Assembly: GCA_045587085.1 (NCBI GenBank)
Contig: JAZNBP010000120.1
Span: 1 to 56,915, forward strand
Length of the DNA stretch: 56,915 nt
From: Acutalibacteraceae bacterium
GTDB lineage: Bacteria > Bacillota > Clostridia > Oscillospirales > Acutalibacteraceae
Reading direction: 5' to 3'
Positions 1 through 7,066 of this stretch are shown here, one piece after another. Within the stretch, counting starts at the first letter, position 1. Each line of letters opens with the position of its first letter. Under the pieces are notes generated by a model, which was not told the origin of the DNA, ran no database searches, and worked only from the letters and a program-made list of their open reading frames with translations. The position numbers and the translations under genes are program-made.

Positions 1-141
1 AACTTGAAGCAGAGAACGAGCAGATAAAGAACTCTGATACTTTGTGTAAGTTAATCGGTGAGCAGAAAATAAAGATTGTAGAACTTGAAGCACAGATTGA
101 GAAAATGAAACAATGTGGAAATTGTGGTAACGGAACTATTG
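1..141. repeat. Terminal overlap copy 1: identical to 56775-56915 (circular closure or terminal redundancy); unit genome 56774 bp
   Basis: First 141 nt (aacttgaagcagagaacgagc...ggtaacggaactattg) recur verbatim as the last 141 nt of the window. Confidence 0.9.
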
Positions 142-224
142 GAAACTGTGAATATTGCACAAGAAAAGAAAAGCAGACACACACAGATACTACCGATTAT
201 TGGAGATTAAAGGAAAGGAGATAA
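1..224 (+). CDS. 3' part of junction-spanning ORF (ATG at 56735); small coiled-coil protein with CGNCGNG..NCEYC cysteine cluster
   Basis: Frame of ORF 42..224 is continuous with the ORF opening at 56735 across the 1/56775 overlap; stop at 222-224. Confidence 0.6.
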   Translation, partial: LEAENEQIKNSDTLCKLIGEQKIKIVELEAQIEKMKQCGNCGNGTIGNCEYCTRKEKQTHTDTTDYWRLKERR

Positions 225-231
225 AAAGAAA

Positions 232-375
232 ATGACCGCAGAAATAAAAATCAAGTTCAAGACTGAACGCACTTTCAATGAACTGTTAGAGAACATAAAT
301 AAAATACTTGCAGACTTTCAGAAGTCAGCAGAAGCAAAAGTAATAGATTGTGACCTTGCAGAGAAAAGGAGATAA
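232..375 (+). CDS. Hypothetical small protein (47 aa), below the ORF-track cutoff
   Basis: ATG 232 preceded by repeated cassette AAGGAGATAAAAAGAAAATGAC; open to TAA 373-375. Confidence 0.5.
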   Translation: MTAEIKIKFKTERTFNELLENINKILADFQKSAEAKVIDCDLAEKRR

Positions 376-382
376 AAGAAAA

Positions 383-571
383 ATGACAATGCAAGAATTA
401 TTAGACGAAATGAGAAAAGAGAGAGCAAGGTGTTCTACCCATTGTGGAACTTGGAACAGTGAAGATAGAGATTGTGAGATTTACGGTGAATACCATTGTC
501 CGCCTTCAAAGTGCAGTTATTTTTTAGCAACAGAACTTGCAAGAAGAAACAAGGAGATAAAAGAAAAATGA
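383..571 (+). CDS. Hypothetical Cys-rich small protein (62 aa)
   Basis: Internal ATG 383 of ORF 350..571 sits behind the same AGGAGATAAAAGAAAAATGAC cassette; six Cys (CSTHC..C..C..C). Confidence 0.55.
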   Translation: MTMQELLDEMRKERARCSTHCGTWNSEDRDCEIYGEYHCPPSKCSYFLATELARRNKEIKEK

Positions 572-1122
572 CAGAAGAACAGATTAAGTCGAAAGCAAAA
601 GAACAATGCCCTAATGATGAGTTTGCACAACAGATAATAATTGACGCTATAAATTGGGCAACAAAGAAACTTGAAAAAGAAAACGCAGACCTTGAAGAAA
701 AACTAGCAAATGCAGACTATCAGTTAGAAGGTCGTGATAACGAGATTGCAGAACTGAAAAAAGATAAGCAAAACTTACGAGCAGATTTAAGAACTGCGAG
801 AAACAACTTACGGGCGAAAGATACTGCTTATCAGTTGGCTATGGAAGAACTTAACTATGCAAAGACACACTGTTTATTTCACAGTGATTGTCCTACTCAA
901 AAGGAAAACGCAGAACTGAAAGAAAAGTACGATACTTGCCTTAGAGAGAATACGGGCTTGAAGATACACAGTGCTTATGTTGAGAAGAAATTTACCAAAG
1001 CAAAAGAAATTATTAAAAAGTTGTTAGACGCTTATGAGTACGTTATTCGGTACGAAGAATATGCTGATAGAGAAATACTAAAACAAGCAGAGCAATTCAT
1101 AAATAGCGAGGAGGAGAAATAA
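568..1122 (+). CDS. Hypothetical coiled-coil protein (184 aa)
   Basis: ATG 568 behind third copy of cassette, ATGA overlap with previous stop; heptad-like LEKENADLEEKLANADYQLEGRDNEIAELKK. Confidence 0.6.
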   Translation: MTEEQIKSKAKEQCPNDEFAQQIIIDAINWATKKLEKENADLEEKLANADYQLEGRDNEIAELKKDKQNLRADLRTARNNLRAKDTAYQLAMEELNYAKTHCLFHSDCPTQKENAELKEKYDTCLRENTGLKIHSAYVEKKFTKAKEIIKKLLDAYEYVIRYEEYADREILKQAEQFINSEEEK

Positions 1123-1174
1123 AAGAATACGAACCTGAAATTAAGGAATAATCATAAAGCTAGGAGGTAAACTT

Positions 1175-1354
1175 ATGATTTGTAGTATTGTTTGGATTTA
1201 TCTGTATTTCGCAGGTTTTATTAACCCTGACCACGCTCCTTGGAAAGTGTACTTTCCTGTGGTTATAGTGGAACTAATTATTTATCGCTTTGCTTTGCCA
1301 AAGCTTTGCGATTGGTTTGACAGAAGAAAACAAAATATAAATAAAAAGGAGTAG
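1175..1354 (+). CDS. Small hydrophobic membrane protein (59 aa), below ORF-track cutoff
   Basis: AGGAGG 7 nt upstream of ATG 1175; MICSIVWIYLYFAGFI.. and VVIVELIIYRFAL hydrophobic segments. Confidence 0.5.
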   Translation: MICSIVWIYLYFAGFINPDHAPWKVYFPVVIVELIIYRFALPKLCDWFDRRKQNINKKE

Positions 1355-1360
1355 AACAAA

Positions 1361-1996
1361 ATGAGATTTAGAGTACTAAACAAAGACCCGTTGTATGATT
1401 ACAGGGAAGCCTGCAAGGTTACGCAGGGAAGAGACTTAGCAATGGAGGTAGAGCATTGGAAGCCAAAGGACGAAGTGGAATATTGGATAAAGCAGATAAC
1501 AGCTAACCATTCCTGTATCCGCTCAATACATTTCCGTCTTGTAGACACAAGACCAAAATCTGTAATTATGCAGATTATCAGAGCAACCAAGGGTCATCCT
1601 CAGCCTGAGGTACAATCAAGCAGACCTGATTGGACAGGAAAGGAGCGTAGCACAGACCCTTATGAGGACAAGCTCTTTATACAAGACCACACAGCTGAGA
1701 GTTTTGTTGAAATGGCTAGACAGCGTATGTGTAGACGTACAGAGAGGAGAACCCGTGAGTTTATGTCCGAAATGGTTAGTACTCTCAAAAAGAGTAGAGA
1801 CTCTTTCTTACAGGCAGTAGGGTATTGCTGTCACGCTTATTGTTGGTGGTATGGTGGTTACTGTCCTGAGATTCAGGGTTGTGAATATAATGCACGTAAG
1901 CTGTCTGATAAAATGATTCAGGAGTACAGAATAGCAAATAACATTTCGCTTCGTACGAAGCAGGAAGAAGTAGAAGAGACAATGGAAAGGAGGTAA
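1361..1996 (+). CDS. Divergent ThyX-like (flavin-dependent thymidylate synthase fold) protein with C-terminal Cys cluster
   Basis: HSCIRSIHFRLVDTRPKSVIMQIIR..SSR parallels ThyX H..E..F.F.V.P..V..Q..RHR..S....S.R; later FVEMARQRMCRRTERRTRE parallels the R....AQ.EIR helix. The RHR triplet is RAT here. Confidence 0.4.
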   Translation: MRFRVLNKDPLYDYREACKVTQGRDLAMEVEHWKPKDEVEYWIKQITANHSCIRSIHFRLVDTRPKSVIMQIIRATKGHPQPEVQSSRPDWTGKERSTDPYEDKLFIQDHTAESFVEMARQRMCRRTERRTREFMSEMVSTLKKSRDSFLQAVGYCCHAYCWWYGGYCPEIQGCEYNARKLSDKMIQEYRIANNISLRTKQEEVEETMERR

Positions 1997-1998
1997 GT

Positions 1999-2178
1999 AT
2001 GGCACTCGCAAAATTAAACAAGACAATTGGTATTCCTGTAGAAGAAGTTGGTAAGAGAATCAAGGAGCTTAATGAAATACTTGAGAAACATAATATGATT
2101 TTAAAAGCAGAGAACAATGTAGGAATCTGCTTTTGGAAAGATGAAAACACAGCTATCAGCTTGAAACTTGAAACTTGA
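1999..2178 (+). CDS. Hypothetical small protein (59 aa), below ORF-track cutoff
   Basis: AGGAGG 5-6 nt upstream of ATG 1999; open to TGA 2176-2178. Confidence 0.45.
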   Translation: MALAKLNKTIGIPVEEVGKRIKELNEILEKHNMILKAENNVGICFWKDENTAISLKLET

Positions 2179-2222
2179 AGTTGTACTGTTGAGTGATGAA
2201 AAAGAAAAGGAGGAAGAACAAA

Positions 2223-2735
2223 ATGGCTGAGAAGTTTGACAACAAGATATACAAGAAAGCTCTCAAGAAAGCTGATGAGAGGATAGCTTCTTGCAAAGAC
2301 TCTATTGTAAAGAAATGTAATGAAGTAGAGAAAGAGTTCAGAAGCAGAGGACTTCACGCTACTGTGTGCTATGATGTTGAGCACAAAGTATACAAATGTG
2401 TTGATGAGACAGGAAGTTGGATAAGCTGTGACGGAAATCAGTGGACTCAAGAAGAGCTTAAGGATTGTGAAAAAGAGCCTTGTGAAAAAGGTATTGATAC
2501 ACGCAAGTTCAATGTAGGCTCTTCTGATTACTCAAGGCACAAGATACAGCCTTGGGATATTTGGATTGAATATAAACTCAATCCATTTGACGCTGATATT
2601 ATCAAGAGAGTATTACGTCACAAGAAAACAGACTCACGCAGAATGGACTATGAGAAAATTATACACATCTGTCAGGAGCGAATACGACAGATAGATAATG
2701 GCGAAGATGTGTGGGAGAAGCAAGAAGATGATTAA
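2223..2735 (+). CDS. DUF3310-family phage protein
   Basis: Start MAEKF behind AAGGAGG; C-terminal SSDYSRHKIQPWDIWIEYKLNPFDADIIKRVLRHKK matches the DUF3310 Y..(I)QP.(D)......NP...(N/D)IIK(Y/R)..R pattern. Confidence 0.55.
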   Translation: MAEKFDNKIYKKALKKADERIASCKDSIVKKCNEVEKEFRSRGLHATVCYDVEHKVYKCVDETGSWISCDGNQWTQEELKDCEKEPCEKGIDTRKFNVGSSDYSRHKIQPWDIWIEYKLNPFDADIIKRVLRHKKTDSRRMDYEKIIHICQERIRQIDNGEDVWEKQEDD

Positions 2736-3024
2736 CATAAATGACTTAGCAAAGCAGGCTCACACTCTGTCAGAAAGGAGAGGGTACAAGACGGATGTAT
2801 TCAGTTGTCTTAAGCACTGTGCAGGAGAAGTTACTGAAGCTGTGGAAGCTAACACTATCTACAACAAGACAGGAGAGAAGGCAGACCAAAGCCACTTGGC
2901 AGAAGAGCTTGCTGATATTATCATCTGTGCTCTGACAGCTTCAGCTGAAGAGCAGATTGATATTGAAAGAGCAGTAAATGAAGCAATGCTGAAGAACGCA
3001 AGGAGAGCTTATGAAACAACATAA
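2728..3024 (+). CDS. mazG: MazG-like nucleoside triphosphate pyrophosphohydrolase
   Basis: ATGATTAA overlap with upstream stop; EVTEAVEA and LAEELADIIICAL acidic helix motifs typical of all-alpha MazG. Confidence 0.55.
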   Translation: MININDLAKQAHTLSERRGYKTDVFSCLKHCAGEVTEAVEANTIYNKTGEKADQSHLAEELADIIICALTASAEEQIDIERAVNEAMLKNARRAYETT

Positions 3025-3157
3025 CGGTATTCCCTGCTCTCCTGAAAGCTTAGCTGAATGGCAGAAAGCGTTTACGGATATAGAAGAGTCTATCGCTTAC
3101 TGTGAAAAACATCCTTGCAAGCTGACTAAAAGCAAGGTACAATTGGGTTACTACTGA
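3011..3157 (+). CDS. Hypothetical small protein (48 aa), below ORF-track cutoff
   Basis: AGGAG 5 nt upstream of ATG 3011; overlaps MazG end by 14 nt; followed by terminator. Confidence 0.35.
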   Translation: MKQHNGIPCSPESLAEWQKAFTDIEESIAYCEKHPCKLTKSKVQLGYY

Positions 3158-3202
3158 TAGGTTTTCGACTTTCCCTGTCAGAAGGTATAGTTCTCTTTTT
3201 CT

Positions 3203-3237
3203 GAGGGTTTGCAGAGTTTCTGTGAACCCTCTTTTTT
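3203..3237 (+). terminator. Rho-independent terminator
   Basis: GAGGGTT (3203-3209) pairs AACCCTC (3225-3231), followed by TTTTTT 3232-3237. Confidence 0.75.
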
Positions 3238-3241
3238 GCAC

Positions 3242-3270
3242 TTGACATATTATACTAAGTGTAATATAAT
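3242..3270 (+). promoter_or_regulatory. Consensus sigma70-type promoter (class I family)
   Basis: TTGACA 3242-3247, 17-nt spacer tattatactaagtgtaa, TATAAT 3265-3270. Confidence 0.7.
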
Positions 3271-3291
3271 CAGTAAGTGAGAGGTGAAAAG

Positions 3292-3723
3292 ATGTATACA
3301 ATAAGTAACGTAAGTGATGATTTTGTGAAGTGCAAAGATGAGCAGGCTTTCAAAAGGCTTTACTGTAATCTCAGACTGAGACATAAGGGTCTTCAGAATC
3401 AGAAGGTATTCTGTATCGAGACAGAAGAGACTGTAGCAGGCTTCCCTGATGTAATGGAACTGTTTACAGGAGGAGCTACAGCTGTAGTGAACTTCTATGA
3501 GTTCAAGGCTTCTGACAGATATGGTAACATCGAGTTTCAGCCTTCTCAGCCTGCTTTCTATAAGAGCAATGAAGACTTGAAAGTACGTGTTGTAGCTTAC
3601 AACCGTAAGAGTCAGAGAGTACATATATTCAGTGCAAACGAGATATTCAATAAGAACTCTCCGTACTACACAGCGAACAGAAGAATAAACCTCACAAACG
3701 CTGAGAAGGAGATTCAGTTATGA
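3292..3723 (+). CDS. VRR-NUC-like PD-(D/E)xK nuclease (putative)
   Basis: GAGGTG SD before ATG 3292; GFPDVMELF..(12)..NFYEFKASD..(Q) fits G.PD....E.K....Q of VRR-NUC. Confidence 0.4.
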   Translation: MYTISNVSDDFVKCKDEQAFKRLYCNLRLRHKGLQNQKVFCIETEETVAGFPDVMELFTGGATAVVNFYEFKASDRYGNIEFQPSQPAFYKSNEDLKVRVVAYNRKSQRVHIFSANEIFNKNSPYYTANRRINLTNAEKEIQL

Positions 3724-4163
3724 GTATGACATTAAACAAAGAGCTTAGTAAACTAAGACAGGATTTCATAACCGAGCACAACATTAACTGTAGTACTTGT
3801 GAAAATTGGGGGAAAAACAGAAAAGGCAAGTGTGCTTCAAAGGCATATTGTATCGTACGAGACAATTCATTCAACTGTGCTTATAAAGCTAAAAAGACAA
3901 CGTTCAGAAAAGATTGGCGTGTATTCTTTGATACCGATAAGGGAGAAACCTTCACTGTATCTGATGTTGAGTACGCTGTAGCTACGGAAGAGTATTTTGA
4001 AGCTGTAAAGCGTTGTCACGGTATGTATGGGAATACAGGTATTTTTCTACAGCCTGTGTTCGAGCTTAAAGGACACCGAGCTTGGATGTACAGATTAGAT
4101 GAAGATTATACAGAGGAAATTAGGAAGTATGAACACAATAATAAAAATGGCGAAAGAAGTTAG
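3720..4163 (+). CDS. Hypothetical protein with N-terminal Cys cluster
   Basis: AAGGAG 9 nt upstream; CSTCENWGKNRKGKCASKAYC. Confidence 0.55.
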   Translation: MSMTLNKELSKLRQDFITEHNINCSTCENWGKNRKGKCASKAYCIVRDNSFNCAYKAKKTTFRKDWRVFFDTDKGETFTVSDVEYAVATEEYFEAVKRCHGMYGNTGIFLQPVFELKGHRAWMYRLDEDYTEEIRKYEHNNKNGERS

Positions 4164-4350
4164 AGAAGTTAGAGAAGTTAGAGAAGTTAGAGAAGTTAGT
4201 TTTGATATAGCTGTAGAAGCTCTAATGATTCAAGCTGAAGCTATCGGATATAAAACAGAAGAACCCAAAGAGTGTGTAAGGTGGGAACTAGCTAAAGCAT
4301 TTTATAAAGAGTTCAAGAAGGAGTATAAGTATGCAGGCACTGATAATTAG
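4129..4350 (+). CDS. Hypothetical protein containing (EVR)4 repeat; start uncertain (4099, 4129 or 4147)
   Basis: ORF 4099..4350; candidate ATGs lack a strong SD; overlaps the end of the upstream gene. Confidence 0.45.
   Translation: MNTIIKMAKEVREVREVREVREVSFDIAVEALMIQAEAIGYKTEEPKECVRWELAKAFYKEFKKEYKYAGTDN
4156..4199 (+). repeat. 9-bp tandem repeat (gaagttaga, about 4.9 copies) encoding EVREVREVREVREV
   Basis: Direct reading of gaagttagagaagttagagaagttagagaagttagagaagttag. Confidence 0.9.
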
Positions 4351-5629
4351 TTTAGAATCGTTTCAGAAAGGCGAAGTTCCTGAAGAGGTGAAGAAGTTTA
4401 TTCTTGCTCATCACGGAAAGGTATTTCAGATTTTAGACGAGTCATCTAAGATTAAAACAAACGAGCCTTGCAAGGAAAGCAAGAAAAGTAAGCGTACGCA
4501 AGCTATTAAAAAGCTAAACGGCATTGGTCACCGCTGTATCCTGACAGGAACATTTATGTCTAAGTCTCCTGTAAACGCATATGACCAAATGGATTACCTT
4601 AAGAACGGATTCTTTCCTGAAGGGATGTACGCTTTTGCTGAGCATTATGTTATCAGGCGACCTCTCCCTAATGTCAGAGGAGCACGAATTACTATATCCC
4701 CTAAAGATTATGACGCTATCAGAAAGAGACTTCTTCGCTGTAAAGGTGATTCAAGTGCTTTGTGTGGAGCTGTAGACTCTATACACTCATTTTATGGAAT
4801 CAGCAGGGACGATTGTATGCACATCCTTAAGAATGAAGCTTATACTCCATTCAAGAATATTGATGAGCTTTGGAAACGAATCGGAGACACTTGTCTCCAC
4901 CCTGCAAAGAAAGACATTCTTGATGTTCCTGATAAGATTTATAAGAACTACAAACTTTCTCTCACTTCTGAGCAGAAGAAGCTTTATTTGCAGTTACAGA
5001 ATCAGCACTGTACTGACCACATAACTGTGGATAACGGACTTAAGCTGTACCTTCGTTTTCAGGATATTTGTAACGGCTATGAGCCTGTAGAAACAGATGA
5101 GCTTGACGAAAACGGAAATCCTAAAGTTACGCTTATCCCTCTCAAAGAGAATCCGAAGCTTGATTGGCTTGAAGAAATGATTGAGACAATAGGCACAGAA
5201 CAGTGTATCGTGTGGTGCTCTCGCTCTCGACTTTTACACGACGCTTGTTCTAGATTACAGGAGAAAAATTATTCTTGTGGCATATACGACGGAAAGGTAG
5301 GTAATAAGGTTAGAGAGCAGGCTTATGAGGATTACTTTAATAAAAAGATTCAGATTCTTTTCTGTAATCAAACCTCAGCAGGTTACGGCTTGGATAAGCT
5401 TCGTAACGCTAACTATGCTTTCTATCTTTGCAACGACGCTTCTGTAGAAAAGAGACAGCAGAGTGAAGACCGCATAGCAAGAGGACTTTACAAAGATAAT
5501 AAGTTCATAGTGGATGTATCTATGGAAGGAACAGTAGAACAGAAAACTACTGCTTGCCTAAAATTAGGAATTGAGTTAATATCTTCAGGAGTAACTGATG
5601 TGGAAGTATTTAAGTATTATGGAGAATAA
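4331..5629 (+). CDS. SNF2-family helicase, C-terminal fragment (motifs II-VI only)
   Basis: FQILDESSKIK (motif II DExx), CILTGTFMSKSPVNAYDQ (motif III), IVWCS..(helicase-C)..NQTSAGYGLD and SEDRIAR; Walker A motif absent. Confidence 0.65.
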   Translation: MQALIISLESFQKGEVPEEVKKFILAHHGKVFQILDESSKIKTNEPCKESKKSKRTQAIKKLNGIGHRCILTGTFMSKSPVNAYDQMDYLKNGFFPEGMYAFAEHYVIRRPLPNVRGARITISPKDYDAIRKRLLRCKGDSSALCGAVDSIHSFYGISRDDCMHILKNEAYTPFKNIDELWKRIGDTCLHPAKKDILDVPDKIYKNYKLSLTSEQKKLYLQLQNQHCTDHITVDNGLKLYLRFQDICNGYEPVETDELDENGNPKVTLIPLKENPKLDWLEEMIETIGTEQCIVWCSRSRLLHDACSRLQEKNYSCGIYDGKVGNKVREQAYEDYFNKKIQILFCNQTSAGYGLDKLRNANYAFYLCNDASVEKRQQSEDRIARGLYKDNKFIVDVSMEGTVEQKTTACLKLGIELISSGVTDVEVFKYYGE

Positions 5630-5630
5630 T

Positions 5631-6254
5631 ATGAAGTACGAGAACTTACTTGAGTATGCTCGTGAGCATACTATAAAAGAATGTGCAGAACATTATGAGT
5701 GCTGTCTAGGTTGTATGAAGTCTTATTTGTATAAGCATAAAATTGACTTCAAAAGAGTAGACCGAAAGGGGAAAAATAACCCTAATTACAAGCACGGAGG
5801 GAATAATACAAGATTGTTTTTTACTTGGAAAAGTATGCTAGACAGGTGTAGAAGACCCAAAAACAAGCAGTACAAGGACTACGGAGGAAGAGGAATAACA
5901 GTATGCTCAGAATGGGAAGACTTCACTGTATTCAGAGAATGGGCACTTAACAATGGTTATACAGACTCTCTTACAATAGATAGAATAGATAATGATAAAG
6001 GGTATTGTCCTAGTAATTGTCGGTGGGCAAATAAGTATACTCAGAGTAATAATAAGAGTAATAATCGTAAAATAACATACAGAGGGGAAACAAAGACTCT
6101 TGCTCAGTGGTGCAAAGAATTAAACCTCAACTATGGTACTGTCAGCTCACGACTAAATAGAAGTAGAATGAGCATTGACTTAGCACTTACGAGCAATAAT
6201 TTTAACAAGGACAAGAAGCTATATCAAGAGCTAAAACAAAAATTGGAGGAATAA
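5631..6254 (+). CDS. Homing-endonuclease-like DNA-binding protein (YGGRGI / DRIDN..GY..NCRW motif family)
   Basis: GGAG 7 nt before ATG 5631; FFTWKSMLDRCRRPKNKQYKDYGGRGITVCSEWEDF..TIDRIDNDKGYCPSNCRWAN, flanked by HTH-like segments. Confidence 0.4.
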   Translation: MKYENLLEYAREHTIKECAEHYECCLGCMKSYLYKHKIDFKRVDRKGKNNPNYKHGGNNTRLFFTWKSMLDRCRRPKNKQYKDYGGRGITVCSEWEDFTVFREWALNNGYTDSLTIDRIDNDKGYCPSNCRWANKYTQSNNKSNNRKITYRGETKTLAQWCKELNLNYGTVSSRLNRSRMSIDLALTSNNFNKDKKLYQELKQKLEE

Positions 6255-6255
6255 G

Positions 6256-6459
6256 ATGAATCATTGTCTTTATATTCTTTGTTTCATTTTTCTGTTAGCA
6301 CTTGGTTGGTATCACTCTAATGCTCGATATAATGAGCTTGAGCATAGACTTGCTGTTGAAGCGGTAATCAGAGAAGCTCATATCCAAGAGCTTGAAAAGG
6401 AAATCAGATTACTTAAAACGGATGTTGATGTAATTTATTATGGTTTTCCTGAAAAATAA
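6256..6459 (+). CDS. Small membrane protein with N-terminal TM and coiled-coil tail
   Basis: GGAGG SD; MNHCLYILCFIFLLALGWY hydrophobic N-terminus. Confidence 0.55.
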   Translation: MNHCLYILCFIFLLALGWYHSNARYNELEHRLAVEAVIREAHIQELEKEIRLLKTDVDVIYYGFPEK

Positions 6460-6462
6460 TAC

Positions 6463-6491
6463 TTGACATTTTACACCAAGTATATTATACT
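6463..6491 (+). promoter_or_regulatory. Sigma70-type promoter (class I family)
   Basis: TTGACA 6463-6468, spacer ttttacaccaagtatat (17), TATACT 6486-6491. Confidence 0.6.
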
Positions 6492-6513
6492 GAGTGTAAT
6501 AAAGGAGGTCAGT

Positions 6514-6756
6514 ATGGGTATCATTATTGGAGTAGTAATTTTCCTTGTAGGCTGTTGTGTCTCTTCCTATGAAGATAACAGTTATCAGGCTCAGCGTAAT
6601 GCTGATGTCAGACAGAAGGAAATTATGACACAGCTTGCAAAGCTTCACGAAAGAGATTTAGCTCCTAAAGAGGAGAGAAGAACACGTAGAAGAATAGCTC
6701 AGGACAAAGAAGGAAACCTTCTTGCTGAAGAGATTACAGAGGAGATTATAAGATGA
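6514..6756 (+). CDS. Putative small lipoprotein/membrane protein
   Basis: AAGGAGG before ATG 6514; MGIIIGVVIFLVGC with lipobox-like LVGC. Confidence 0.5.
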   Translation: MGIIIGVVIFLVGCCVSSYEDNSYQAQRNADVRQKEIMTQLAKLHERDLAPKEERRTRRRIAQDKEGNLLAEEITEEIIR

Positions 6757-7064
6757 GTAAGCCTAGACAGATGTGGGCTCATCAAAAATATGCCTACGAG
6801 AAATATAAAAACAGAGAGTTCTTCGGTCTCCTGTTTCCTACAGGAACAGGAAAAACTCTTACAGCAAGCCGAATCGCTGAAGCCAAAGATATGCCTGTTC
6901 TAATTATTGCTCCTAACGCTTTGTGTAAACAGTGGGCTGATGAGCTTACAGATAAAAGTGATGACAGAATCACTGAGAAAGAATGGGAGATTGCGGTCTG
7001 CACGAGCAAGACTAAAAACACTAAAAAGTTTAAGTTAGCTTTGGATAGAGTTTGTGAGGAATAG
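6753..7064 (+). CDS. SNF2-family helicase, N-terminal fragment (motifs I and Ia only)
   Basis: WAHQ, LLFPTGTGKT (Walker A), VLIIAPNALCKQWADEL (Ia); ends before motif II. Confidence 0.65.
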   Translation: MSKPRQMWAHQKYAYEKYKNREFFGLLFPTGTGKTLTASRIAEAKDMPVLIIAPNALCKQWADELTDKSDDRITEKEWEIAVCTSKTKNTKKFKLALDRVCEE

Positions 7065-7066
7065 AT

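Noticed and set aside
1785-2450. Long antisense ORFs opposite confident genes, including:
- 1785..2450 minus
- 22014..22619 plus
- 21681..22010 plus
- 35027..35416 plus
- 42476..42922 minus
- 45073..45516 minus
- 55847..56200 minus
   Set aside because: They lie antisense to genes with recognisable motifs, lack SD sites, and have Leu/Ser/Phe-rich shadow-frame composition.
4156-4199. CRISPR-like array
   Set aside because: The units are contiguous 9-bp repeats with no spacers, lying inside a coding region. This is a microsatellite, not a CRISPR array. No CRISPR-like repeat-spacer structure was seen elsewhere.
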